DNA of 64,000 nt from contig NC_087250.1 in the NCBI RefSeq assembly GCF_037042905.1, positions 21,206,001 to 21,270,000 on the forward strand. The letters run 5' to 3'. Position numbers and translations under genes: made by a program. A model generated the notes under the pieces. It was given only the letters and a program-made list of their open reading frames with translations, made no database searches and had not been told where the DNA came from. Shown one piece after another: positions 1 through 12,126 of the stretch. This stretch comes from Lytechinus pictus. Its lineage: Eukaryota. Every line of letters starts with the position of its first letter. Position 1 is the first letter of the stretch.

Positions 1-411
1 TTATTTGCCTCTTTCCTTTCCCTTCCCTCTCCTTTTTTTTTCTTTCTTTCCCCCTCTTTTCGCGTCGCCAATGGAGGAGGGGCGGCCCCTTTACCACGTA
101 GTGGATCTGCCTATGCTGGCCCCTGGATTTTTATGACGATGTTTCTTTGACCGTACAATATAGTTAATTTTGATTCTTACCACGCCACAAAGTGACTACA
201 AAGCTCGATCACACGTACGTGGGAGAGGTGACCCCCGCCCCCCGCTCCCCATATCGTCCAGCAAACTCACATAGCGATCATTCAATGTGCTGTAATGTGA
301 ATATGTAGTCACACCCAGGAGTCACAAAAGGCGGGGAAATTGAAAAATTTGACATCCATAAATTAATCCAAACTCTATATACAGGTTCCTCGACAGGTTC
401 GGCGAGGTGCT

Positions 412-670
412 TATTATGTACGTACGTAATAAATACTACGTACGTACGTAATAATACTACGTACGTACGTAATAAATACTACGTACGTACGTAATAATTA
501 CTACGTACGTACGTAATAATACTACGTACGTACGTAATAATACCACGTACGTACGTAATAATTACTACGTACGTACGTAATAATACTACGTACGTACGTA
601 ATAATACCACGTACGTACGTAATAATTTTTTTTTTTTCGTTGTCAAACATGTCCGGTTTGGGGCTTCGTA
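412..670. mobile_element. Right end of another foldback-type element with a TACGTA tandem array
   Basis: Tandem ~21-23-bp units (tacgtacgtacgtaataa..) at 416-626, then terminus ...ggggcttcgta (RTA end) abutting tgctca, where the host element resumes. The other end lies outside the window. Confidence 0.55.
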
Positions 671-2489
671 TGCTCATCATCCATAAATAAACAAATCGAT
701 TTCATTTTTGCACAGAATTCCGCCCACAGGATGATAAACATTACTGTCAAATGACATTGATTAAGACAGCTTTGAAAGAAAGTTCCACCATATTAAATGA
801 GGGGTTACTTATTCTTAAAGGTCCTATGACACCAATTCCATCTCATCTAGATACATATCTATTATTAGGTAGTTTTACTTGAAAAATACGAATTTGCCAT
901 CGGTTCCTGTGTACGACGAACTGGTGTTGAGTTATTCCATGGAAATTAACTTCAACGGGAACGCCCACTAAAATTTTCGAAAGAGTCCGACCGATCGACC
1001 TGTCAATCATTGTGACGTCATCGAAGGAAGGCTTTCCCAGCTGTGCAGCCGGACCCCTAGTTATTGTACACGTTCCTCGTGTAGTTGCTGTTTCGAACGA
1101 GCTCATCCTTAACGGATTTTTTAAAGATTTTTATGATGTTTTGATCATGGCTGCAGCATCGTCATCAGCTGCGTCTGATTCTTCAGACTTTGAAGATTCA
1201 GGTTCTGAATATTATTCCAGCAATTCAATTTATTTACTTTGGATCCACATGTGCAACCAAAATAAACACTTCACGCTCCGAACGTGAACAACACTCAGCA
1301 GCTTCCTTCCCTGACGTCATAATTGTCACGTGATATATACGAAACCAAATCTGGCTGAATTTTTTTGGGAGGGGCGAATTTGGCTCAATTTTCAATATAA
1401 AACTGCCTTTGAACCTGATGTGGGATATTTTTGGGTAAAATTTTGATGGAATCGTAATTAGTAACTACTAAGCTAACGAATAAGTCAGCATCTTTGCTGT
1501 ATTTCATGGCACCTTTAAACATATTCACCCATAGTGTACAAAATGTATATGACAGAGGAAACCAAAATTTTAATAAAATGGAAATGAGGGTTTGTTTCAT
1601 AGACGGTTTTTGTTACTTTTGCCAACTTTTTTCCATGAAACTTTGCCCATGGCATCAGTGTGACACTATCCAAAAAGTGCGCACACTAAAATAATCATTC
1701 GGTACAGCACAGTGTGGGAACAAGGCCTTGAACTTTCTTCGTTTTTGCATAATTTTCGAATATATTGTGCTCACTGAAGCATAATGCACCGGGATTTCAT
1801 AAAAATTATATCAAATGAACTATGCAAGAAGGTTTGTGACAGATATCCATAGTTAGCAATTGCATTTTTCCCAATAGAGTAAAAAAAAAAGAGCTATTCA
1901 CATTCCTCATGTTCATTCAAGCGGGAATGTTTAATTTAAACGCCTTTGAATCACTGAAACATGTTAATTTGTCATGAACTTAACGAAAAAAAGTTGATAA
2001 GATAATTTCAGTTCCCATAATAAAACAGTACTTGCCTATGATATTTGTTGACGATACTCTTCCCAAAAATAATTGTCATCTTGTCATCATATTCGATCAT
2101 TTTTATCGATAGAAATGTGTAAAAAAAATCAAATTATATCAAATTTTGAATTGTGTTTATTCAACCGTGAAATTTAGCAAAAAGAAAGTTGTACGGTCTT
2201 TTAGAAAGTATATTTTCAAGCCATCTGACGATTTTTCGTGATGAAAATGTAAAATTCGTTCCAATAAAGTGGAATCAAAGTCATGATATTTGGCTCGCGA
2301 CTTTTAAAAAGTGACAATTTTGGCTCCTTACGGTGCCCACTAAAGCATGGCATAAAGTACGTCCGTAACATTCACTCTGAGGGTAGCTTATAAAATTACC
2401 TACACGCTCATGTAAAAATATATCGAGCTCTCTCAGTGGTTCGGAAATTATTGATGTTTGTCTAAGGAGGGACTTACTTTTTTGTTGTG
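671..2489. mobile_element. Right part of a second, longer copy of the 27011-29667 family
   Basis: Collinear with 28835-29667 and ends in the same TIR (gacttacttttttgttgtg|ta). Retains ~700 bp (820-1520) absent from the other copy. Confidence 0.8.
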
Positions 2490-5400
2490 TATTATTTCAA
2501 CTCTGCCTTCTTTTTCTTATTTTCTTCACAAAGAGATAAAAGAATGTCTTTCGTTTTGCAATGTTGCTTATTTTTTGCATTTACGACGTGAAACAAGCAT
2601 GGACTACATTTTTTTCTGTGGTGAGAAGTTTTGGTAATTGGTTAGCTAATAGAAATAAGACAGGTGGGATCTCATGCACTCCATGCCCGAAAAAATAAAA
2701 CGAATAAGGAATTATCAATGTATTATATAATATAACACAATAAATGGCATAATCCTTTTCATGGTTAAAAATAATTAATAATCATGTCATTCATAGGGGT
2801 AGGTAGTTTACGAAAACAACATCACATGTCCTGAAGATACCATAGTTGTTGTTTTTCACTGGAAATAATCGATAGAAAAGAAGATAACGAGTGGTAATAT
2901 TCTATTTGTTTCATATGATATTGTATTTACATACTATATTTAAACGAATGTTTATTTACCGATGGTCATTTGTAGTTCGTGCCTATAATGTAGATTTTCT
3001 ATGATCATCACACGATGTATCAATTTACGTTTTTTATGGGGCATTGTAGGCCGCCACGGACTATAATTTTTTGCGTGTGTGTGTGCGTTTATATTGTTTA
3101 AAGTCATCTTTTGAATGTACATGCTTGACATCGTAGATGGCCGAATAAAAGCCATCATGAGACAACGATTGTTATAACAAACTCACGCAGAAAATACAAT
3201 AAGTATAGCATCACCAATCAAGCACCCTTAAGTTTGCTGTTCGTTACAACATAATTATGCAATTTGCAAGTCATAATTGTGATCGAGTTATGACTTCGAT
3301 TTTCCTCCCTCAGGTTAAGTATATAACGCTTGATAGTTACGTTTTACTGGTATAGGATCGGTTTAACGTTAACTTGCATGAACGGAATATTTATATGTGG
3401 GGCTATGGACCGACTACGATAAGAAATGTTCTGACTTTTATCCCTTTCCCTTCCCTTCATTTCGCTTTCCCCCTTTGACCTTTTCCTTACATTGAATATA
3501 TAGCGAATTATATGTTAAAACGCGATCACTTTTTTCCCCACATTCAAGGCTTTTACCATACTGGGTGCTTTTGTTTCTTAATAAAAAAATGCTTCAATTC
3601 CTCATTGTCGTTGGAGTATGCTAAGAATTAAAGGTAAAATTGATTAACGCGCTTTGCCTGCTTTCAATTCAATTTATTTCACATTTGCATAAGACGACAA
3701 TACATATAATTACAGTGAAAAAAGGCATATAATACATAAGATCACACAAAATACCGAGAATACAAATGTGTGGAAACTAACAAAGGCCAACGGCATATCG
3801 AAGGCAAATCTCAAACGGTTGCAAACAGAAAAAACGTGTTTAAAATAGAACCTAGGCAAAGACACGAATTTATCAGAAATTCCATTTATATTCGTTGAAA
3901 AGAGTTGAGTGAATTATGAATCGGAGAAGAGCTACTACTACACATTAGATTTCAAATTGCATTAATTTAATCTTTCACTGTTGGATTATATTTCGATTTA
4001 TTCTGACACGTACATGCTTTACCATCAATACTGATATTAGTGTGTCAATAATGTGATATTGAAATTACATAGTGTAAAGGCAGAGCATGTGACTTACATA
4101 GAAAACATACACGTCGAGATCGTTGGATGATTTAGTGTAAAGGCGCTTGAGGTGAGAAGCCACCTTACCATTCGACATCGTCCCACAGTACGTGAGCCTA
4201 TATTCATGAAAGAAAGTAATGGGTTTAAGGAATCAAAATTAGATGGGGAATGTGTATCAAAGTGTCTGCGTGTCTTGTACGTATATTTGTATGGTTGAGG
4301 TGGATATGCTAGTGATATTGGAATGTTTCGTTTGGATGGAAGATTTTTTGTTTACTGTTCCCTTCGGAAATCAAAATTTATACTTTATAATGCAAAAGTG
4401 TTTAAAACATCAGTCCCTTTGGAGTTAGCGCATTGCACATTATAGAATTCCATGAGAGTTTGCAATAACGGATATCAAGATCATGGTTCTCCAAATATCA
4501 TTTCAAATTGAAACGGAAGTGTGCGGAAGTGTTTTGTCTTTAGCTTCAGCTTTAAGCTTGATTTGTTGAACATGCGTTTCGGCGACCACCTCACCCTAAC
4601 AAATGTAATTGTTTGGCCTGCAGTGAACGTGAGATGATTATGACGAAGTAAATTATCTCAATCGAGTTTAAATGAATACATTTTGAGATTTGTATTGGTC
4701 GGCTTGGGTGACAAATATAATAAATAAAAACGCAATATACTATTCATCTTTTTAACAAAATGCCATTTCAGAGCATGTTGTGTGCTGATAAATTATAGCT
4801 TTGTCGTTTAATTTGTAAAATGATGGGGTGGCACTTAGAGCCATTTTCAAAGAGGTTAAAACAGAATTACCGAGAGAGGGAGCTCGATATCCCCGAAGGT
4901 GACATTCTGATTGTCAGATCACTTTCATAAGATTAACAAATTAATGATATAATAATAACAGTCCATATTCAATATAATAACTATACCAAAATTGAACTAT
5001 TTGTTCTGAGATGTACATTCCAATGTTGTGATAAGACAAACATATTACCCCCTCTTCGTCCAACTCTTTTAAGTAAATCTTAAGGACGTTCCACAGTCAA
5101 AGTGAAATCCATGTCATTTTCACCAAACTTTGCACATAGATACTTTAGAACCTTAATATTTGAAATATGCAAAAATTAACATAGGTCCATGTGCTTGATT
5201 TTTTGCTATAGAGCTTCAAAGTTCACCCAAATTGATGTTCTTAAGAATTGCGCATTCAAAAGAATTTTGCATTTTTAGACCGCCCAAGATTACTTCAATG
5301 AGTTTAAACCTCTATTACTCAGTCAAAATACATGAAAAAGTCATCAAATTTCGCAAGAGAGTTAATGATTGTATCGTTAAAATGGAGAATCTATTCATAG

Positions 5401-5992
5401 TGCTATTTGTTTGCAATTTTAAGTTTAACGGCACTGTCAGTTCTTAATAATGGCGTAAAAGATAACAAAATCCCAATCTAAAAAGTGTAAAATTTAAGTA
5501 ACAAACTACAAACGTACAATAAATGCTGCACTTTATTCAAAATCCATGTAATTTTCACCAAAATTTGCAGAGTTGTAGAGGAAGGTATACCTAAGAGGTA
5601 CAAACTTTAAAAAATAGGGGTTCATGTGCTTGTTCTTAAACTATCAGCATTTTTATCAGAGCAAATGTGCTTTTTAAAACACCAAAAATGCACCGAATGC
5701 TTAGTATCTGTGTGAAGAAAAAATCAGAACCACTCTACCATTTATTCAAACTCGGGGTAATATTCGTGATTCTTGGCAGCACTGCAGAGTAAAGTATTTT
5801 GAAATTGTAGAGAATATTTTTTTTGAATGGTCCATGGAATAATTCCATTTTTTAGCTTCATGAACTAACGCATCGGATCTGCAGTTAAAATGCAGAAGAT
5901 GAGAAAAATCAGCTCATACCCGCAGCTAATTAATCACCTGTTCATCCATTGTGACGTCAGCGCGCAGAGTGTAAATTATGCGCAGATCATAA

Positions 5993-8900
5993 TAGTCTGG
6001 TCTGTTAGCGGAATTATGTGGACACGGTGGACAAAAGCATATTTTTTTCTCCAGACCTTTGCTTATGTATAAGAATTAAAAATTGGGTATGCTCCAAAAA
6101 ATCTGGCTGCAGGAACAGTGAAAAAATGGGTGAAAGAGTCAGAATTTATGAGTTTAGATTGGTCTGATATATAGACTAGCGCTAGTGCAAAACTCAATTG
6201 CAGTGCATTATTTTGCATTGATTTAGTTCTTGAATTCAGACCCTTTTTTAACATATGTTCTGTTTGTCCTCACATCTCAATGCACCAAATATCTGAATGC
6301 AGATGCTAAACAAGCCGAAGGGTGGCGGTGGAGGTGGTTGAATGTTGGTATGTATGTACATATTTTGGTCTTGGGGTAAAGATGTGCAAAACACATTTTT
6401 GCATGTGTTGGAAATGGTGTTGCCATGGTAACAGTGTATTATGGCAAAAATAAGGTAAAAATCTTACAGTTAGAACTACTTCCTCTGTTTTTAACCGATT
6501 CTCATGAAATTTGGCACACACATTGGTCTTGAGGTGAAGATGTCTAAGACACATTTTTGTGTGTCTTTCAGAAATCTTGTTGCCATGGTAACAATTTATT
6601 ATACGGTGAAAATTGGGAAAAAAACTTAGAATTCAAACTGCTTCATCAGTTTTCAATCATTGCTCATGAAATTCGGCACACACATTGGTATCAAAGTAAA
6701 GATGTATAAGGCACTTTTTTGTGTGTTTCAGAAATTGTGTTGCCATGGTAACATGTTATATGGAAAAGTTTAGGTAAAAATGTTGCAATTTGAACTACTT
6801 CATCAGTTTTGAACCAATTCTCATGAAATTTGTGTCACACATTTACCTTGGGGTAAAGATGTGCAAAAACCATTTTTCTGTGCATTTGTCAGAGAGTGCA
6901 TTGCCATGGTAACCACATATGATAGCCAGAAATGCAGGAAAACTCATTGTGGATCAAACTACTTCCCCTGTTTTTAGTCAGTGCTCATAAAAATTGGAAG
7001 AAATATTCATCTTGGGATAAAGATTCATATTAAATTCCAAATGTCTTCTCTGCATTAAAATGTTCACGCCAGAGTGTGGGGGTATAAATCACCTTCATTA
7101 ATATTTCTAGGTTTTGGGGGGGGGGGAGGGGCGGGATTGGTCCGTAAAATCTGACATCAAAATAAAGAAGGTTAAAGGGTTAATGATGACTTTTATTTCT
7201 CTGCATATACTTATATTCTAGTCATATCCCTTTCAGATGGTGGTAACTGCAGGAATGGGAAAACTCAGTGATAAAACTAAAATTTTCACAGAGGATTTTT
7301 GGGAAATAACTAAATCCATTTTTGTCAAGCAACAGTTATTCCATTCTGAATGCTGCAACCTTGTTAATATGAATTTGATGCACCTTTACCAAAATATAAT
7401 ATCATGACAGTAATTTCTTCAATTCTTTAAACTAGACATTAAATATTGCTAATAGTATTATTCAGGACAGAGTGTAGCCAAAGTGGAGTTTAAAAGATTA
7501 TGAAAAAAAATGAATGTCATGTCATTATATTTCGGTGTATAGGTGTATTAGTATTCAAAATGGAATAATTGTTGCTAGATAATAATGAATTAAAATAGCT
7601 AAGAAAAATGTACTTAGAGAGGGAGACAAAGAGGGGGAGAAAGGAAACAAAACAAGAACGTATGGTAAAGATCAAAAGTACAAAAAGTGATGTAAGAATG
7701 TCAGAGTAGGAACTGAAATGAACAAAGACTGAGCAGAAGAAGATGAATAAATTATTGATTAATTGGGCACCGAAAACGATATTTGAATTAATACGCTGAA
7801 GTGTAAAGGATTTTTCTCCCCCCTTTTTTTCTTGGGGGGGGGGGTTAAGTTCCTAGTAATAATTTCCTTTTACTCTTTATGTGGCAATTTTCTAAAGCCC
7901 CCCCCCCCCCAAAAAAAAAAAAAAAATGGAAGGGGTGCTTTTTTAAAAGAGTGTTTAAGTTCCTAATGGTCATGGCCTTTAACCTTCTATATTTTTATGT
8001 TGTCAGTTTTTAAGGACCTCCTCCGCCCCCCCCAAAAAAAAAAAAGAACCTATAAATATTATTGAAAGTGATTAATACCCTGCGCTATGTCGTTAAAGGG
8101 GAATCCAACCCAAATAAACACTTGTTTTTAGAGGAAAAGGAAAAATCAGACAAGTTTATAGGTCAAAGTTTGAACTATATCGGACAAACCATAAGAAATT
8201 TGTGAATATATAAAAGTTGTAAACATTGGTAATCACTATACCCATGAAGACTTCAAATTGGCCGCATATGTGATGTCATAGTGATGTAAGGCAAGGACCA
8301 CTCTTCCATGTACTGGAATAATTAATTGGCTAAAATGTCTTTTTCAAAAGTTTTACTTCAAATTATATCTTTCTTTCATGAGGACATAAAACAATATACT
8401 ACCGGGTTTATATTACGGCCCCAATGGAATAGGGATTTAGGAGAAAAACAAAAATCCTGATAATTAAGTACAAGCCCTATGAAAAAGTTGTCCTTGCGGC
8501 CCTTGTCATAATTTACTTACCCAGTTGCCAATTTGAAATCTACATACTAGCAGTCTTAGGGATCTTAATTTTAAAGCAGCCATAAATTTTGCTTGTCCGA
8601 TTTCTTTCAAACTTTCACCATTCTTATTTTTCTCCTTTTCCACACAACATGTTATGACCAAGGCTGGATTCCCCTTTAACACTGAATATGAATCTTTACC
8701 CAAAATGAATATGTGTGTCAAATTTATGAGTACAGGCTGAAAACTGAGAAGTAGATTGATCCACGATGAGTTTTCCTGCATTTCTAGCTATCATATGTGG
8801 TTACCCTGGCAATGCACTCTCTGACAAATGCAAAAAAAAAAGGTTCTTGCACATCTTTACCCCAAGGGCAATGTGTGAGCCGTATTTCATGAAAATTGTT

Positions 8901-9731
8901 TCAAAACTGATGAAGTAGTTCAAATTGCAAGGTTTTTACCTAAATCTTGCCATATAATATGTTGTTACCATGGCAACACAATTTCTGAAACACACAAAAA
9001 GTGCCTTGTACATCTTTACTTAAATACCAGTGTGTGTGTCGAATTTCATGTGAATTGATTGAAAACTGATGAAGCAGTTTGAATTGTAATTTTTTTCCCA
9101 ATTTTCACCATATAATATGTTGTTACCATGGCAACGAGATTTCTGAAAGACCCACAAAAATGTGTCTTAGACATCTTCACCTCAAGACCAATGTGTGTGC
9201 CGAATGTCATTAGAATCGGATGAAAACAGAGGAAGTAGTTCTAACTGCAAGATTTTTACCTTATTTTTGCCATAATACACTGTTACCATGGCAACACCAT
9301 TTCCAACACATGCATAAATGTGTTTTGCACATCTTTACCCCAAGACCAAAATATGTACATACATACCAACATTCAACCCCCTCCACCGCCACCCTTCGGC
9401 TTGTTTAGCATCTGCATTCAGATATTTGGTGCATTGAGATGTGAGGACAAACAGAACATATGTTAAAAAAGGGTCTGAATTCAAGAACTAAATCAATGCA
9501 AAATAATGCACTGCAATTGAGTTTTGCACTAGCGCTAGTCTATATATCAGACCAATCTAAACTCATAAATTCTGACTCTTTCACCCATTTTTTCTCTGTT
9601 CCTGCAGCCAGATTTTTTGGAGCATACCCAATTTTTAATTCTTATACATAAACAAAGGTCTGGAGAAAAAATCATGCTTTTGTCCACCGTGTCCACAAGT
9701 AGGGTGTTTTTTACGCTAACAGACCGGACTA
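5993..9731. mobile_element. Long-TIR element (Academ-like termini) nested in the TTAA element
   Basis: TAG...CTA ends, TAA TSD. Inverted arms of ~1.2 kb (5993-~7180 vs ~7970-9731) contain ~120-bp internal repeats around gttgccatggtaac; the outer ~350 bp are nearly identical. Confidence 0.85.
8097..8675. mobile_element. TTAA MITE (Kolobok-like)
   Basis: TIR AGGGGAATCCA, TTAA on both sides; interrupts the right arm of 5993-9731. Confidence 0.85.
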
Positions 9732-9847
9732 TAATGCACACAAACATAACTGTGGAACGTCCTTAAAGGAAAAATCCGACCTTTTTCCAAATACTATAAT
9801 TGTCACGTGTTTGATATTGTGTTAGAAGAGTTTTAATTTAAGCTTAA

Positions 9848-10424
9848 AGGAGAATGAAACTCTTGGAGCAAGTTAGCTTTTGTGAAAGCAGATAAATAAA
9901 AAAATAAGATAAAAAAAAGTTTTAGTAAAATAGGACTAGCAATAGAAGAGTTATGAGCATTTGAATGTCGAGATCACTAATGCTATGGAGATCCTCCCAT
10001 TGGCAACGCAACCAAGATCTATGATATCACAGATGAACAACTCTCCCCTTTTGGACACTGAAAATATACCCCAAAACATATCTTTTTGCTCATTCTAATC
10101 ATATGACAAACGATTCATCAATGATATAATGTTGTGAAACCTCTGTCCTCTCATAAAGAGAACACCTCACCTTGTGATAGATTCTATATAAGTGAGAATA
10201 TAAGTGAAATAAGTACTAAAGCAATGAGGGAGTTGTACGTGTGTGACATCACAGATCTTGGTCGCATTGCCAATGGAGGATCTACATGGCATTAGTGATC
10301 TCAATATTCAAATGCTCATAACTTTCTTATTATTCATTCAATCTTCCTCAAACTTTCAACAATATGTTTCTTTGATTTTTCTCTTTGATATGGATTCAGC
10401 TGGTTTCAAGGGTTTCATTCTCCT
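9848..10424. mobile_element. TTAA MITE (Kolobok-like)
   Basis: TIR AGGAGAATGAAAC, TTAA on both sides, internal inverted arms. Confidence 0.85.
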
Positions 10425-10761
10425 TTAATAAGTTTGAATCATTTTGATTAACACAAGTAAACATTAATATTTTATGAAAATGATGCAAATACAATATTGA
10501 GAGAAATTGGGGGAAATACACTAACGTGTCGAGTATTCAATATTTCTTATGAGTTTGAATTTGGAAATAACAAATAGTATTAATCTGTTTTTTCAATTGT
10601 GGTATTTAATGTTTACAAAAATTCTGTGATTGGTTTAATAGTTTAAGTAGCTGAAATGTTAGCCCTGGTGCAAATTAGTTACAGGGGGATCTCTTGTAAT
10701 GTTAACGCTTTTGATTGATGTACCTTAATAATAACAAATACTGTTTAAAGCAAGAACCTAC

Positions 10762-11279
10762 CTTACTTGTACCATCGTCTTCACATGTCTGCAGCATTCA
10801 ATGAAATAAACCAAGTCACCCTCGTCTGTACACTTCACCTCTTCCAGATGGAGATACTCCAGGTTCTTGGTATGTTCCTTGATGAGCAGACCCAGTCCTC
10901 TCATTGTCTTGCTTGATACATGACTCTTCTCTGATGGGAGTGAGTTCGTAGTGCGAAGGGTAATGTGTGTGAGCTTCCGTCCTCCAGTCCGACGAAGACC
11001 AGCCGTGATAAAGGCTATGTCTCCCTCTGCATGATCGATAGTGATATGAAAATTTACCACAGCAGGGAGTGATGAGATCAGACCTTCAGGGCATTGTGAC
11101 GTCACTCCATCAGTTGATAGCTTTGTGATGGATGGTAGCTCAGGAGGAGATGGAGGGAAATCGATAGATGAGTCTGAGATGGTGAGATACTTAAGCATCG
11201 GGAATGATTTAAGGCAGGCCCATAGTCCATCTGTCACAGCGGTTGCCATGATAGACTGCTCGAATCGTACACTCACAAC
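10762..11279 (-). CDS. NLR gene, leucine-rich-repeat exon
   Basis: LxxLxL repeats (LKYLTI, ITKLST, LTHITL, LEYLHL). Acceptor caatag|GTT (phase 0, matching the NACHT donor); probable donor AG|gtaggt (phase 2). The terminal exon was not identified. Confidence 0.85.
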
Positions 11280-12126
11280 CTATTGAGGAAATGAAAGAAA
11301 AACAAATTAACAGCATAGGAAGGAGATACAATCGGTTTTATTTATTGATGGTAACTGCAACACTCAACGAGTATTCTTTAACTATTTACCAATATGTAGT
11401 ATTGTATACCTTTTAGTAGTTTTTTTTCTCACAGGACCAAACTGAATAGTCAGTAAAACGGACCTACTATACCCAGCTTTTTATTTTTTATTTTTAGCTC
11501 TGATTTGTTTATTGTTTGATCATAGTGGTCTGGTTCATCACCTGTAGCGGCCGCACATAAACGCTGTTAGGGAAGGTGTTAGCGCGAACAATTTACAAAC
11601 AAATCAGCCACTAACAACACCATGAGCAGACTGAACGCACAGAAAACGTGGGTTTGAGCCTTATCTATGACATGCTAAAGTGATCTATGTGTGCATTTAT
11701 ACAATGTAAGGGCCCTAGGTTCAATGTATTATTCCCATTAAGTCGGGGCTCGGATTTGCAACATTAATTCTTACTTTGTGATGACATTTTAGTACGGTGT
11801 TAATTGGTCCATGTTTTAACATAAATCATAGACCTTAACATCGATGAAAAATAATGTATTAATGGCATTAATCGTTAAAGGGGGAGGGGGCTATATTGCT
11901 TTGCTCGTAGAGTGGAAGAATAGGATGTGAAGTATAGAAATACAAACCATTGAAAATGAGGTGAGCTGATCATGTTATTTGTAATTTCCCCCACTTATTC
12001 ATTTATACATGTGAGATTGTGTTCATTTAAACTCAATTTGTCCTTGCAGGGAAAAGTAAATATGACCACTACTTCGGTAATCATCATGACCATTGACAAG
12101 TTTTACATAGGCCTACAGGTAGCAGT

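Larger units (their letters stand above)
5084..9762. mobile_element. TTAA-flanked non-autonomous element (Kolobok-like), host to nested insertions
   Basis: TIR GGACGTTCCACAGT at both ends; TTAA at 5080-5083 and 9763-9766. Confidence 0.8.

Noticed and set aside
4500..4930. Candidate terminal NLR exons
   Set aside because: The acceptors I tried in phase 2 gave early stops or no LRR-like sequence, so they cannot be supported.
6063..9651. Duplicated small ORFs (6063-6254/9460-9651, 6306-6554/9220-9408), also 23103-23894
   Set aside because: They are by-products of inverted-repeat arms and show no protein motifs.
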